32,000 nt of DNA from Thermoproteus tenax Kra 1. GTDB lineage: Archaea; Thermoproteota; Thermoprotei; Thermoproteales; Thermoproteaceae. Below, in pieces: positions 17,629-27,104 of this stretch. Location: contig NC_016070.1 in assembly GCF_000253055.1 (NCBI RefSeq), positions 840,001 through 872,000 of the forward strand, read 5' to 3'. Below the pieces are notes generated by a model. The model had not been told where the DNA came from. It saw only the letters and a list, made by a program, of their open reading frames with translations, and did not search any database. A program made the translations under genes and the position numbers. The stretch's first letter is position 1; each line of letters opens with the position of its first letter.

Positions 17629-18312
17629 ATGCGCGCTCTGATCCTCGCCGGAGGTTTCGGCAAGAGGCTCGCCCCCCTCACCAACGAGGTACCCAAGCCA
17701 CTCGTGCCCGTGGCCGGGAAGCCCATCCTCGTCAGACAGATCGAGTGGCTGAGGGAACAAGGAGTGACCGACTTTGTCGTGGCCGTCGGCTATCTGCGCC
17801 ACAAGGTCTTCGAGGCGCTGGGCGATGGGAGGAAGTATGGAGTGAGGATATTCTACAGCGTCGAGGAGGAGCCCCTCGGCACAGGGGGCGCCATAAAGAA
17901 CGCGGCGCCCTTTCTGGAGGACGACGTGTTCCTGGTCACCAACGGCGATGTGTTGACCAATCTGCGCGTGGAGCCCCTACTGAGGGCGCTCGAGGGCGCC
18001 GACGCCGCCATAGCCCTCGTCCCCCTCAGAAGCCCCTACGGCGTAGTGGAGATAGACGGCGAGGGGCGCGTGCTGGCCTTCAGAGAGAAGCCCGTGCTGG
18101 AGCACTACATCAACGCCGGCGTCTACGCCATGAGGAGGGAGGCGCTCAAGGATCTCCCCGACAGAGGCAACATAGAGGAGACGTTGTTCCCCAGATTGGC
18201 CGAGAGGAGGAGGCTGAGGGCCGTGGTCTATAAAGACGCCTTCTGGCGCTCCATAGACACCCTCAAGGATTTAGAGGAGGCTGAGAAGATGTTGAGCGAT
18301 GGAAAATCTTGA
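17629..18312 (+). CDS. Sugar-phosphate nucleotidyltransferase (NTP_transferase family)
   Basis: [34 protein letters not shown]; ORF track starts at GTG 17623, but ATG 17629 follows gaggtg. Confidence 0.88.
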   Translation: MRALILAGGFGKRLAPLTNEVPKPLVPVAGKPILVRQIEWLREQGVTDFVVAVGYLRHKVFEALGDGRKYGVRIFYSVEEEPLGTGGAIKNAAPFLEDDVFLVTNGDVLTNLRVEPLLRALEGADAAIALVPLRSPYGVVEIDGEGRVLAFREKPVLEHYINAGVYAMRREALKDLPDRGNIEETLFPRLAERRRLRAVVYKDAFWRSIDTLKDLEEAEKMLSDGKS

Positions 18313-20023
18313 AGACCTACTCCTGAAATACGCCTTATTGAACGCAGTTAAGTACGGAGGCAGAGCCGACGCTAAGGCAGTGATGTCTAAGTTGATGGCC
18401 GAAAGAGCGGATCTGAGGCCAAGGGCGCGCGAGATAAAAGAGCTTGTGGAACAGCTGGTGGCCAAGGTAAACGCCATGAGCCCTCAGGAGCAGTATACGC
18501 TCTTGGCATCGCGCTGGCCTGAGGCTCTGGAGGAGAGGAGGCCCAGGGAGGAGAAAAGGCCTGGAATCGACTCGCTTCCCGCGCTTCCAAACGCTGAGAG
18601 GGGCGTCGTGGTCCGCTTCGCACCCAACCCAGACTTCGTCCTACATCTCGGCAGCGCGCGGCCGGCCGTGCTCAACTACGCCTACAAGCTGAAATACGGA
18701 GGCAAGTTCATACTTAGGTTCGAAGACACAGATCCCAAGATAAAGAGGCCGTTGATAACGGAGGAGGTTAACGCCTATGAGGCAATAAGGGAAGATCTGA
18801 GGTGGCTCGGCGTGAAGTGGGATGAAGAGTACATTCAATCGCAGCGTATGGAGATATACTACGAATATGCGAGAAGGCTCATCGAGTTAGCGGAGCCTAC
18901 GTGGACACTTGCAAGACCGAGGAGTGGCGCAAGCTGAGGAACGCGGGTAAGGCGTGCCCCCACAGAGGGCAGTCGGTGGAGGAGAACTTAGAGCTCTGGG
19001 ACAAAATGCTGAGGGGGGACTTCAGAGAGGGCGAGTCGGTGCTCAGAGTGAAGACAGACTTGACGCACCCAGACCCCAGCGTGAGGGACTGGGTGGCTTT
19101 CAGGATCATAGACGTCGAGAGGAACCCGCACCCTCTAGTCGGAGCTAAATATCACGTGTGGCCCACTTACAACTTCGCCGTATCTATCGACGACCATCTA
19201 ATGGGTGTGACGCACGTGCTCCGCGCGCAAGAACACAGCGTGAACACAGTAAAACAGTCCTTCGTCTTCAAACACTTCGGCTGGACCCAGCCGGTGACTA
19301 TACACTTCGGCAGACTGAAGGTGGAGGGCGGATCTCTCAGCAAGTCTAAACTGAAGGCCCTTAAGTTGCGATACGACGATATAACTATGCCGACCTTGGC
19401 AGGGCTCAGGAGCCGCGGGATCCAGCCGGAGGCAATATGGGAGCTCATACTGAGCGTTGGGATCAAGCCCTCCGACGCGACAGTATCCCTTGCTAACCTC
19501 TTCTCTATCAATAGAAAGATTTTGGACCCGAAGGCGGACAGATATATGTTTGTCCCCGAACCCGTGAAGTTGGTTATCAACCTGCCCAAGAGGATCGTTG
19601 CGAAGATACCGGTGCACCCCAGCTTCCCGGAGAGGGGCCATAGAGAGTACGAGCTAGGCCCCGGGGAGGTCTCACTGTATATCTCCAGGAAGGACGCCGA
19701 ACTAGGCTCCTTTAGGCTAATGGAGTTGGCCAACGTAGTTGTGCGCAGAAAAGAGGGAGATGTATACTACGGAGAGGTGGTCGGATATACGATAGACGAG
19801 GCGCGCGAGGCGAAGATGCCCATAATCCAGTGGACGCCCGATAATTCAAGGGAGGCGGTCGTGATAAGGCCTGTGGCCGCCGGCAAGAAGGCCGTCGAGA
19901 GAGGCCTCATAGAGCCTGGCGCCGAGACTCTGAGGGAGGGCGATATAGTACAGTTCCTTAGATATGGATTTGTCAAATTGGGCTTCCAGAGACACTATGG
20001 AGTTCATATATATCCACGAATGA
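18299..20023 (+). CDS. gltX: Glutamyl-tRNA synthetase, interrupted by two apparent frameshifts (near 18895 and 19981)
   Basis: Frame 2: ...[27 protein letters not shown]...[12 protein letters not shown]; frame 1 from ~18895: [26 protein letters not shown]...[14 protein letters not shown] (KMSKS-like); frame 2 again from 19982: [13 protein letters not shown], stop at 20021-20023. Confidence 0.85.
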
Positions 20024-21000
20024 GGGCTCTTTTCGACGCTCTTACTCCGAAACAAGCAAGGATCGCAGCAATCCTAAAGCGGGAGGGCGGCCTACAGCTG
20101 ACGATCACATGTAGGGAGTACTACCATCTGAGGGACATGTTGGAGCAATACAAAGTCGACTACATCTGCATAGGTAGGTACGGGGAGACGACCGAGGAGA
20201 AGTTGGTCGAGGGGCTCAAAAGACAGCTCCAGATGGTCGAGATAATGAGGGGCTTGGACGGAGTAGTGTCCTTCCCGAGCCCCGATGCCGTAAGGACCGC
20301 GTTTGGCCTCGGGAAGAAGTCTGTGGTATTGAACGACACGCCGCATGCCTATCACGCCAATTCGCTGACTATACCGCTCTCCGATGCGCTGATAGCGCCG
20401 TCCGCGATACCGCAAGACGCATGGAGGCGTTATTGTCCCAAGAAAGTGATGACTTTCGACGGCGTGTTTGAGTATATGTGGACGTCGAGACATACCCCCA
20501 ACTTAGAGAGCGTGAGGAAGTTGGGCCTGGAGCCAGGCAGCTACGTGGTCTTTAGACCCGAGGAGGCCAAGGCGGCGTACTACCAGTGGAACAACGTCCA
20601 GCTTAGGGCCAAGCTAGTCGAACTTGTCAAGGAGATGGGCTACGTTGTGGTCAATATCCCCAGATATCCAGACCAAGTGATCGAGGGAGCTATAAATTTA
20701 ATAAAGGCGGTGGACCACTTAGATCTAGCGTATTATGCCGCAGCGGTCATCACAGGTGGGCTGACTATGTCGACGGAGGCCGCTCTGTTAGGCACGCCCG
20801 CCGTTTCGTACTTTCCCGGCGACGTGTATATAGATAGGTATCTGGAGAGGGCCGGGGCCCCACTCCTTAGGTGCTCTTCAATGGACGAGTGCATCCATGT
20901 TGTCAAGAAGGCGTTAAGTATGGGCAGAGCGCCCCCGCCCAAGATGGAGGATCCGCTCAAGGCGATCGTCGCGGCGGTTCAGGAAATATTCGGAGGATAA
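20020..21000 (+). CDS. DUF354-family protein (glycosyltransferase/epimerase-like fold)
   Basis: [55 protein letters not shown]..., [20 protein letters not shown]; ATGA overlap with the restored gltX stop. Confidence 0.75.
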   Translation: MRALFDALTPKQARIAAILKREGGLQLTITCREYYHLRDMLEQYKVDYICIGRYGETTEEKLVEGLKRQLQMVEIMRGLDGVVSFPSPDAVRTAFGLGKKSVVLNDTPHAYHANSLTIPLSDALIAPSAIPQDAWRRYCPKKVMTFDGVFEYMWTSRHTPNLESVRKLGLEPGSYVVFRPEEAKAAYYQWNNVQLRAKLVELVKEMGYVVVNIPRYPDQVIEGAINLIKAVDHLDLAYYAAAVITGGLTMSTEAALLGTPAVSYFPGDVYIDRYLERAGAPLLRCSSMDECIHVVKKALSMGRAPPPKMEDPLKAIVAAVQEIFGG

Positions 21001-21059
21001 AAGCGACTTACGTGCTGAGCTTGGGATTAGCTTTATATTGGGAGAGGTTCATTAGTTCA

Positions 21060-21440
21060 ATGGACGTGCGCTCGGTGGCCCTCCTCAAAGTGGGGAAGGA
21101 CTATGGAGTCGTTATGTTCGAGATGAAGATCGTTGGGCTGCGGGAGCTCGATGAGGAGCCCAAGTTGTATATTGGCGATGTGGAGAACATAGAGGCGGAG
21201 ATACTCCGCGTTGTGCCCGAGATCTCCTCGATGCCCCACTCAGACATATTGGTGGAGGACAACGGGAGGAGGATGTACTTAGTGCGGCTATACCTTGGCG
21301 ATGGCAGAGTTGAATATGCGTTGATAATATCGCCCAGAAACAGCGTCAAGGGTCTCATCAAGAAGCTCTTGGATCAACGTTGGGCGTTGAGGTTCTTAGT
21401 CGAGCAGAGAAAGGTCGCGAAACAATCGTACTGGCGATAG
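21060..21440 (+). CDS. Hypothetical protein, 126 aa
   Basis: ORF track 20871-21440; likely start ATG 21060 since the upstream part overlaps the DUF354 gene. Confidence 0.6.
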   Translation: MDVRSVALLKVGKDYGVVMFEMKIVGLRELDEEPKLYIGDVENIEAEILRVVPEISSMPHSDILVEDNGRRMYLVRLYLGDGRVEYALIISPRNSVKGLIKKLLDQRWALRFLVEQRKVAKQSYWR

Positions 21441-21564
21441 TCGCCCATCTCTGTTACCTCCAGACTGCCCACACCGTGGGGGCCTCGGCCGTTGCCCGGG
21501 GTTAGTGGGCCGCGGCTGGGGCAGGCATTGCGGCGTCCCCCGCCGGGGCCATCTTGCGTTTGAG

Positions 21565-21675
21565 TTTGCCCCCGCGCGGCGCCCGCCCTTGCCCCCTTTT
21601 TCTTGGCCCTCTTCACAAGCTCTGCCATGAAAATAGATGGCTTAAGACCTACCCCATCCTAAAGGGCGGGGCTTG
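21565..21675 (-). mobile_element. Left-end-like fragment of IS200/IS605-type element (copy F)
   Basis: Minus strand: gcaagccccgccctttaggatggggtaggtcttaagccatctattttcATGGCAGAGcttgtgaagagggccaag (MAELVKRAKKKG), parallel to copy E (MAKLAKMTEKEGG). Confidence 0.45.
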
Positions 21676-21826
21676 CTGTTTGTACTGTCAGCCACATCCC
21701 CGGCCCTGGGGGTACGGCCGATCAGCCGCGCCCGTGCGCCGGGGCACGGCCGGCCTCCTCCGCCCCGCCCTCGCGGCGTCTGGCGGGGGCGGGCCAAAAA
21801 TCTGACCCCGGGGGAGGGCCGGGACA

Positions 21827-22402
21827 TCACGAGGGGGCATAGGTGGCACTAAGTCTCTCGAGCAATTCGACGAAGCCGTTTTCATTTATGTACTCTAGCC
21901 AGTCGACATCCTCGTGGATGCACTCGCCGTTGGTTACACATCTGCGGATAAGCTCAACTGTCTGGTCGGGTCTTCTGTATGTTACATCCAACTGAATCAA
22001 TTGGTCCCATCTCTCCTTGGCTCGAACTAAGATATAGTCGAGAACCTCGGCCCAGACGTTGTCCAGAATCTTTTTAATAGGCCATCCCCTCCTCGCGAGC
22101 TCCTCGTATAAGACGTCCGGCCTTTTCCTCAACACGAAGATCCGCTCGACGTCATCGTTCTCAAGAAGCTCCAAGACGTGTGTGTCTATTATATAATCGC
22201 CGACGAGCTCCGTTTGTAGCAGACGCCGGGCTCTGTTTATATCCAGTATATCGTAGGTCTGAGAGGTCGGGTCCCAGAGAGTGAACTCCTTTCCGGCTAG
22301 AAGGGATGCGACCTCAATACAACGGGCGCCCAGAGCCTCGGCCAACCCCCTACAGATCGTCGTCTTGCCCACTCCGGGAGTTCCCGTGATTAAAACCCTC
22401 AT
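21827..22402 (-). CDS. Adenylate kinase-like (AK6/Fap7-type) NTPase
   Basis: MRVLITGTPGVGKTTICRGLAEALG (Walker A), DTHVLELL, LRKRPDVLYEELARRGW. Confidence 0.88.
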   Translation of the reverse strand: MRVLITGTPGVGKTTICRGLAEALGARCIEVASLLAGKEFTLWDPTSQTYDILDINRARRLLQTELVGDYIIDTHVLELLENDDVERIFVLRKRPDVLYEELARRGWPIKKILDNVWAEVLDYILVRAKERWDQLIQLDVTYRRPDQTVELIRRCVTNGECIHEDVDWLEYINENGFVELLERLSATYAPS

Positions 22403-23698
22403 CTAGGGATATTTGCGTCTGATATCTCTGGGGAACGGAACTGCATCTCTTATATGCTCGAGCCCGGCTATCCACATAACTAGTCTGTCCACGCCGAGGC
22501 CAAAGCCGGAATGAGGCACTGAGCCGTACCTACGTAGATCGATGTACCACTGATAGTCCTTAGGATCGTAGCCGAAACGCCTTATTTTGTCGACGAGCTC
22601 GCCCTCATCGTATATCCTCTCCCCGCCTCCTATGATCTCGCCGTAGCCCTCGGGCGCGAGCACGTCGACACTGAGGGTCACCTCGGGCCTCTTTGGATCG
22701 TTGCGGTGGTAGAAGGCCTTGATTTTCTCCGGAAAGCCGTAGAGCTGTATCGGCTTATCGAACTGGAGCGTCAATATTCTCTCTTCGTCGGCCCCAATGT
22801 CGTCGCCCCAGTTTATCTTGACCCCCTTCTTCTGGAGTATCTCTATGGCCTCATCGTAGGAGATCCGGTAGAACGGCGGCCTTATATTTTCCAAGGGAGC
22901 GGCGTCTCTGCCCAACATCTTCAGCTCATCCCTCCTCTCCTCCAACACCTTGGAAACCACATAGGATATGAGCTCCTCATTGACCCTCATTAAGTCCTCC
23001 AGGTGGTACCAAGCCATCTCCGCCTCGGCGTGCCAGAACTCGGTCAAATGCCTCCTAGTGCGGGAGGGCTCGGCTCTGAAGCTCGGCGCTATGGTATACA
23101 CTTTCTCAAGGCTGAAGATGAGGGCCTCCAGGTAGAATTGAGAACTCTGGGTCAGATAGACGAAGTCGTCGAAGTAGGGGACCTTGAACAGAGTGGCCCC
23201 TCCCTCGACAGCTGCTGTGATGAACATGGGGCCTTGTACCTCGTAGTAGCCGTTCCTTCTGAAATACTCATGTACGGCGCCGAACACTGTGTGTCTGATC
23301 TTTAAAACGGCTTGCATCTTTCTACTCCTGAGCCACAGATGTCTGACATCGAGTAGATACTCGCTGTCGGCCTGTGCGGCATCCTCGTTGATCGGATACG
23401 GAGAACCTATGTAGTACCAGTCGACAGACTCTACATGCATCTCTTTGCCGCCAGGGGCTCTGGGCTCTTCCTTCAATATTCCAGTTGCCACCAAGGATGA
23501 TTCGAGGTTCAGCCGTTGGGCTACGTCGAACGCGGGAGTCCCCCTAGAGAAGACCAGCTGTATGATCCCAGTGGAGTCTCTCAGAACAATGAAGATCTTG
23601 TCCTTCAGCTCACGCTTTCTGTAGACCCACCCTCTGACGGTGGCCCTCCCGCTCGACCTCAAGGCGTCGGCTATACTTATGGCGCTCTTATACGCCAT
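22403..23698 (-). CDS. asnS: Asparaginyl-tRNA synthetase
   Basis: OB-fold ATVRGWVYRKRELKDKIFIVLRDSTGIIQLV; class II motifs FITAAVEGGATLFKVPYF, YTIAPSFRAE, GFGLGVDRLVMWIAGLEHIRDAVPFPR. Confidence 0.9.
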   Translation of the reverse strand: MAYKSAISIADALRSSGRATVRGWVYRKRELKDKIFIVLRDSTGIIQLVFSRGTPAFDVAQRLNLESSLVATGILKEEPRAPGGKEMHVESVDWYYIGSPYPINEDAAQADSEYLLDVRHLWLRSRKMQAVLKIRHTVFGAVHEYFRRNGYYEVQGPMFITAAVEGGATLFKVPYFDDFVYLTQSSQFYLEALIFSLEKVYTIAPSFRAEPSRTRRHLTEFWHAEAEMAWYHLEDLMRVNEELISYVVSKVLEERRDELKMLGRDAAPLENIRPPFYRISYDEAIEILQKKGVKINWGDDIGADEERILTLQFDKPIQLYGFPEKIKAFYHRNDPKRPEVTLSVDVLAPEGYGEIIGGGERIYDEGELVDKIRRFGYDPKDYQWYIDLRRYGSVPHSGFGLGVDRLVMWIAGLEHIRDAVPFPRDIRRKYP

Positions 23699-23701
23699 AG
23701 C

Positions 23702-23962
23702 CTATCGTTGTTGGATCTCTCTGTAGATTCCCACTACTACTCCGTTGGGGCATTCGTCAGTGGAGAGCCCGACATAGTCCCCCTCTTTATACTCCCTACT
23801 CCTCTCTTGTCCCCCCTCGCATTTGATGACTGTGATGAGTCTGGGCTGACCGGCGCCGCTTGGCTCCACTCTCTCGCTGGATCTCACGAAGAAGTATAAC
23901 ATAACTCCCAATGCGGCTACAGACAGGGCGAACACGGCCAGCAGTCCATAGTCTAACGGCAT
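23702..23962 (-). CDS. Small hypothetical single-TM protein, 86 aa
   Basis: N-terminal TM segment LLAVFALSVAALGVMLYFFV; tight packing with asnS. Confidence 0.55.
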   Translation of the reverse strand: MPLDYGLLAVFALSVAALGVMLYFFVRSSERVEPSGAGQPRLITVIKCEGGQERSREYKEGDYVGLSTDECPNGVVVGIYREIQQR

Positions 23963-24068
23963 ATCCTCAAAATAGAGACGGCCTTAAATATTATTGACCG
24001 CTACGCCTGGACTATATTGATATAAACTAAAAAATATATAGATGTATTAAATTTATATTAATTATAAT

Positions 24069-24884
24069 TTATTTTTTATGTTTATTCTCTAAAATACCAG
24101 CTTTTATATAATATTCGTTGCCATAACCCTGGAGTTCCAATAACTCATAAAGGGAATGGACGGCCGAGAGCACCACGGCGCCCGATTTGCCCGCTGAGGC
24201 GTTTACTGCATATCGCAAGTCCTTGCCTGCATGTTTAAGTGCGAACGTGCCCTCGCCCTCCGACAACATTCTGTCGATATAGACGGATCCTATCTCCTTG
24301 AACACCGTCTGGGACAACAGATCTTTGAACACAGTCGCCGGTATTCCGTAGGCGACGGCCAGCGATAAGGCCTCGCCTAAGACGGCCACAGTGCCTATCA
24401 GTAGGGAGTTGTAGGCCAGTTTCAGAGCCACCGCTTTTTCCAACTCGCCAACAAGGACCACTTTGCCGAGGGAGAACATAACAGACGTATATTTATCCAA
24501 CAGCGTCCTTTCGCCGCCGAGGAGGTAGATGGCATCCCCCCGCTCGACGTTCCCGGGGCCTCCCACTATAGGCGAGGCGAAGGCGGGTATCCCTCTAGAT
24601 CTCAGCCTCCGCACGGCCTCTACAGCGCCGTTGACTGAGTAAGTCCCCATCAAGGCCGCCGCCTCGCCCCCTATCTGTTCGACTATTCCCATTAGGGCCT
24701 CATCATCTGCGACGAAGATCGCCACGAGCCCTCGGGCGTCTGAGAGTCCCTCAATAGCTGTGGCGGGCAGTCCGGAGAGCTTCTCTCTAGTCCTATTCCA
24801 AGCGTATACTTTGTGGCCCAAGGCCGCAGCCCTTTTGACGAAGGCGGAGCCCATCCTGCCGGTCCCTACTACCGTGATCTCCAT
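24069..24884 (-). CDS. NAD(P)-dependent beta-hydroxyacid dehydrogenase family protein
   Basis: VVGTGRMGSAFVKRAAALGHKVYAWNRT, FASPIVGGPGNVERG, KLAYNSLLIG. Confidence 0.85.
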   Translation of the reverse strand: MEITVVGTGRMGSAFVKRAAALGHKVYAWNRTREKLSGLPATAIEGLSDARGLVAIFVADDEALMGIVEQIGGEAAALMGTYSVNGAVEAVRRLRSRGIPAFASPIVGGPGNVERGDAIYLLGGERTLLDKYTSVMFSLGKVVLVGELEKAVALKLAYNSLLIGTVAVLGEALSLAVAYGIPATVFKDLLSQTVFKEIGSVYIDRMLSEGEGTFALKHAGKDLRYAVNASAGKSGAVVLSAVHSLYELLELQGYGNEYYIKAGILENKHKK

Positions 24885-24916
24885 GAAAAGATTGTAATAA
24901 CGGTTTTTATCTCATT

Positions 24917-25954
24917 GTGGCTAGGGTCTTGTCAGTCGATCCTCTGAGGCCTGACGTGGAGAAGATAAGGATAGCGGCCTCGGCTATACGGAGAGGGGAG
25001 CTTGTGGCGTTTCCAACGGAGACAGTATACGGGTTGGGGGCCGACGCGTTCAACGCCAAGGCCTCCCGGCTCATATTCGAGGCCAAGGGAAGGCCCGCGG
25101 ACAATCCGCTCATAGTCCATGTGGCCTCCTACGATCAAGCCGCCTCACTGGGCGAGTTCCCCGAGGAGATTGCCGAGATTGCCAGGAGGGTGTGGCCCGG
25201 CCCCATAACCTTCGTGGTCAAGAAGAGGGCGCCCCTGCCAGACGTGGTGACGGCAGGTCTTCCCACTGTTGCGCTGAGGTGTCCGGCCCACCCAGTCGCG
25301 CTCAAGCTCATAGAGGAGTCGGGGGTGCCGATAGCTGCGCCGAGCGCCAACAAGGCGGGCCGGCCCAGCCCAACTGAAGCGTCGCACGTCCTTGAAGACT
25401 TAGGCGACAAAGTCCACATAATTTTAGACGCCGGAAGGACGTTCTTCGGCGTTGAGTCGACGATAATAGATGTGACTAAGAGGCCGCCGGTCTTGCTTAG
25501 GCCGGGTCCCTTCACGTTGGAGGAGCTTAGGTCTATCTTCGGAGAGATAAAGGTGCCTGAGTTCGCGCGAGGTCTGGGGGAGGCCGACGTGGCCTTGGCC
25601 CCCGGGATGAAGTACAGACACTATGCCCCCGAGACTCCCCTAGTCGTAGTAGACTTTGACTTGTCGGCTGCAGTGAGAGAGGCGCACAGACGGGGCTTGA
25701 GAGTGGCCGTGCTGTGTATAATGGACAAATGCGCAGAGGGGGATGCAGTTGTGAAACTAGGCAGCGACCTCTATGAAGTTGCCAGAAACCTCTACGACGG
25801 GCTGAGGAGGGTGGACAAACTCGGCGTGGACCTCGCCTTGAGCCCAGCCGTAGAGGAGCGCGGCATAGGCCTGGCCATTATGAACAGGCTCCGCAAGGCT
25901 GCGGGCTTTAAGGTGGCTAAGACGTTAAATGAGCTCCTAGATTTTATCGGATGA
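24917..25954 (+). CDS. sua5: L-threonylcarbamoyladenylate synthase (Sua5/YwlC family)
   Basis: AIRRGELVAFPTETVYGLGADAF, KGRPADNPLIVH, SGVPIAAPSANKAGRPSPT, plus C-terminal Sua5 domain. Confidence 0.93.
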   Translation: MARVLSVDPLRPDVEKIRIAASAIRRGELVAFPTETVYGLGADAFNAKASRLIFEAKGRPADNPLIVHVASYDQAASLGEFPEEIAEIARRVWPGPITFVVKKRAPLPDVVTAGLPTVALRCPAHPVALKLIEESGVPIAAPSANKAGRPSPTEASHVLEDLGDKVHIILDAGRTFFGVESTIIDVTKRPPVLLRPGPFTLEELRSIFGEIKVPEFARGLGEADVALAPGMKYRHYAPETPLVVVDFDLSAAVREAHRRGLRVAVLCIMDKCAEGDAVVKLGSDLYEVARNLYDGLRRVDKLGVDLALSPAVEERGIGLAIMNRLRKAAGFKVAKTLNELLDFIG

Positions 25955-26721
25955 CTTGGATCGAGGACTTCTTCGACGAGATCTATAGGGACTTTATGGA
26001 GCACTACAGAGGGCCGGAGGCAAGCTACAAAGAGGCGCAGTTCCTCATCAGAAAGTTGGGGATCGAGCCGGGCAAGCTATTTCTTGACGCAGCATGCGGA
26101 CATGGCAGACACCTAAGGTATATGCCCGAGGGGACTGTCGTTGGCCTTGATATAAATCTAAAGTACCTCAAAGAGGCTAAGAAGTACGCCGACGTTGTGG
26201 CGGCCGACCTAAGGCTACCGCCGTTCAGGAGAAGGGCGTTCTCCGGGATCTATATAATGCACAGCTCCATAGGGATGTTCGGCGACGAGGAGGACGTCGA
26301 GATACTCATGTGGCTCTCAGGCACTATAAAACCGGGAGGCGTCATGGCGCTTGATCTGGCCAACAAGGTGAAGATCGACAGAGCTTACGCCGCGTTAGGC
26401 GACTCTTGGAACTTCTGGATATCTGCGGGGCCGTACCGAATTTTATCTACGGCGACCTATAACCCCCTCGTTGGAAGGATCAAAGAGCGGAGGATCATAT
26501 ATAGGTCCGGGGAATATCTGGGGACAAAGACGCTGGAGCTCAGACTCTACTCCCCCAGCGAGGTGAATCTGATGTTGCGCAGCATCGGTATGACGATCCG
26601 AGAGGTTTACGGCGATTTCGACGGTTCTCCATTTTCGGAGGTATCGGATAGATACATAGTGATAGCGGTCAAGACAGGCGGTGTGCCCGAGGCTCTGAAG
26701 GCGGCAGCCAGTTGGGCTTAG
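25951..26721 (+). CDS. Class I SAM-dependent methyltransferase
   Basis: KLFLDAACGHGRHLRYMPEGTVVGLDINLKYLKEAKKYADVVAADLRLPPF; ATGA overlap with sua5. Confidence 0.85.
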   Translation: MTWIEDFFDEIYRDFMEHYRGPEASYKEAQFLIRKLGIEPGKLFLDAACGHGRHLRYMPEGTVVGLDINLKYLKEAKKYADVVAADLRLPPFRRRAFSGIYIMHSSIGMFGDEEDVEILMWLSGTIKPGGVMALDLANKVKIDRAYAALGDSWNFWISAGPYRILSTATYNPLVGRIKERRIIYRSGEYLGTKTLELRLYSPSEVNLMLRSIGMTIREVYGDFDGSPFSEVSDRYIVIAVKTGGVPEALKAAASWA

Positions 26722-26734
26722 GTGAACCGTCTAT

Positions 26735-26950
26735 CCCTAGGCGCCCACCGCTGATTGCAGCCGGCCGCTCGTGCCCAGGCGCTTCCTCCTCGCCCGCGCC
26801 TTCGCTGACAGCCCGGCTGCCTCCGGCGCGGGGCCATCGGGCATGGGGGCAACGGCCCTTTTCCAGAGGCAGGCCCGATCGGGCCGCTCGTGGGACGCCG
26901 CCCCTCGCCGCTGTAGATACACGCGTTTAAGCCCTCCGCCTGCGCCAGAA
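26735..26950 (-). mobile_element. Possible decayed TnpB C-terminal fragment
   Basis: Very GC-rich noncoding tract; minus strand encodes VAPMPDGPAPEAAGLSAKARARRKRLG, loosely parallel to PPGPMPNELTPEVSWMPMKAWTRRNPAL at the 13.3 kb element. Confidence 0.3.
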
Positions 26951-27078
26951 CAGAATTTTCTCAACGCCTCGGGTCGCCGGTCCCTAAGGAGCTCGCGGTG
27001 CGCCTGGGTTGTTCAGCGTAGCTTGGACACCCTCAGACCCCTCGGACGAAGCCAGTGTAGCAAAAGAGGAGCCACAGC

Positions 27079-27084
27079 TATAAA
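27079..27084 (+). promoter_or_regulatory. TATA box of prs (leaderless-type promoter)
   Basis: TATAAA 26 nt upstream of ATG at 27105. Confidence 0.55.
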
Positions 27085-27104
27085 GGCCGGTATACTGTGT
27101 CTCA

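Noticed and set aside
17745-18233. 162 aa alternate-frame ORF within the nucleotidyltransferase gene
   Set aside because: Arg/Gly-rich shadow frame; the overlapping frame has clear nucleotidyltransferase motifs.
18887-18900. Programmed -1 ribosomal frameshift in gltX
   Set aside because: The junction tta gcg gag cct lacks an X XXY YYZ slippery heptamer, and a second opposite shift would also be required; an indel or error is simpler.
18897-19733. Minus-strand ORFs (70, 188, 147 aa) opposite gltX
   Set aside because: They lie entirely opposite unambiguous GluRS sequence and show no independent motifs.
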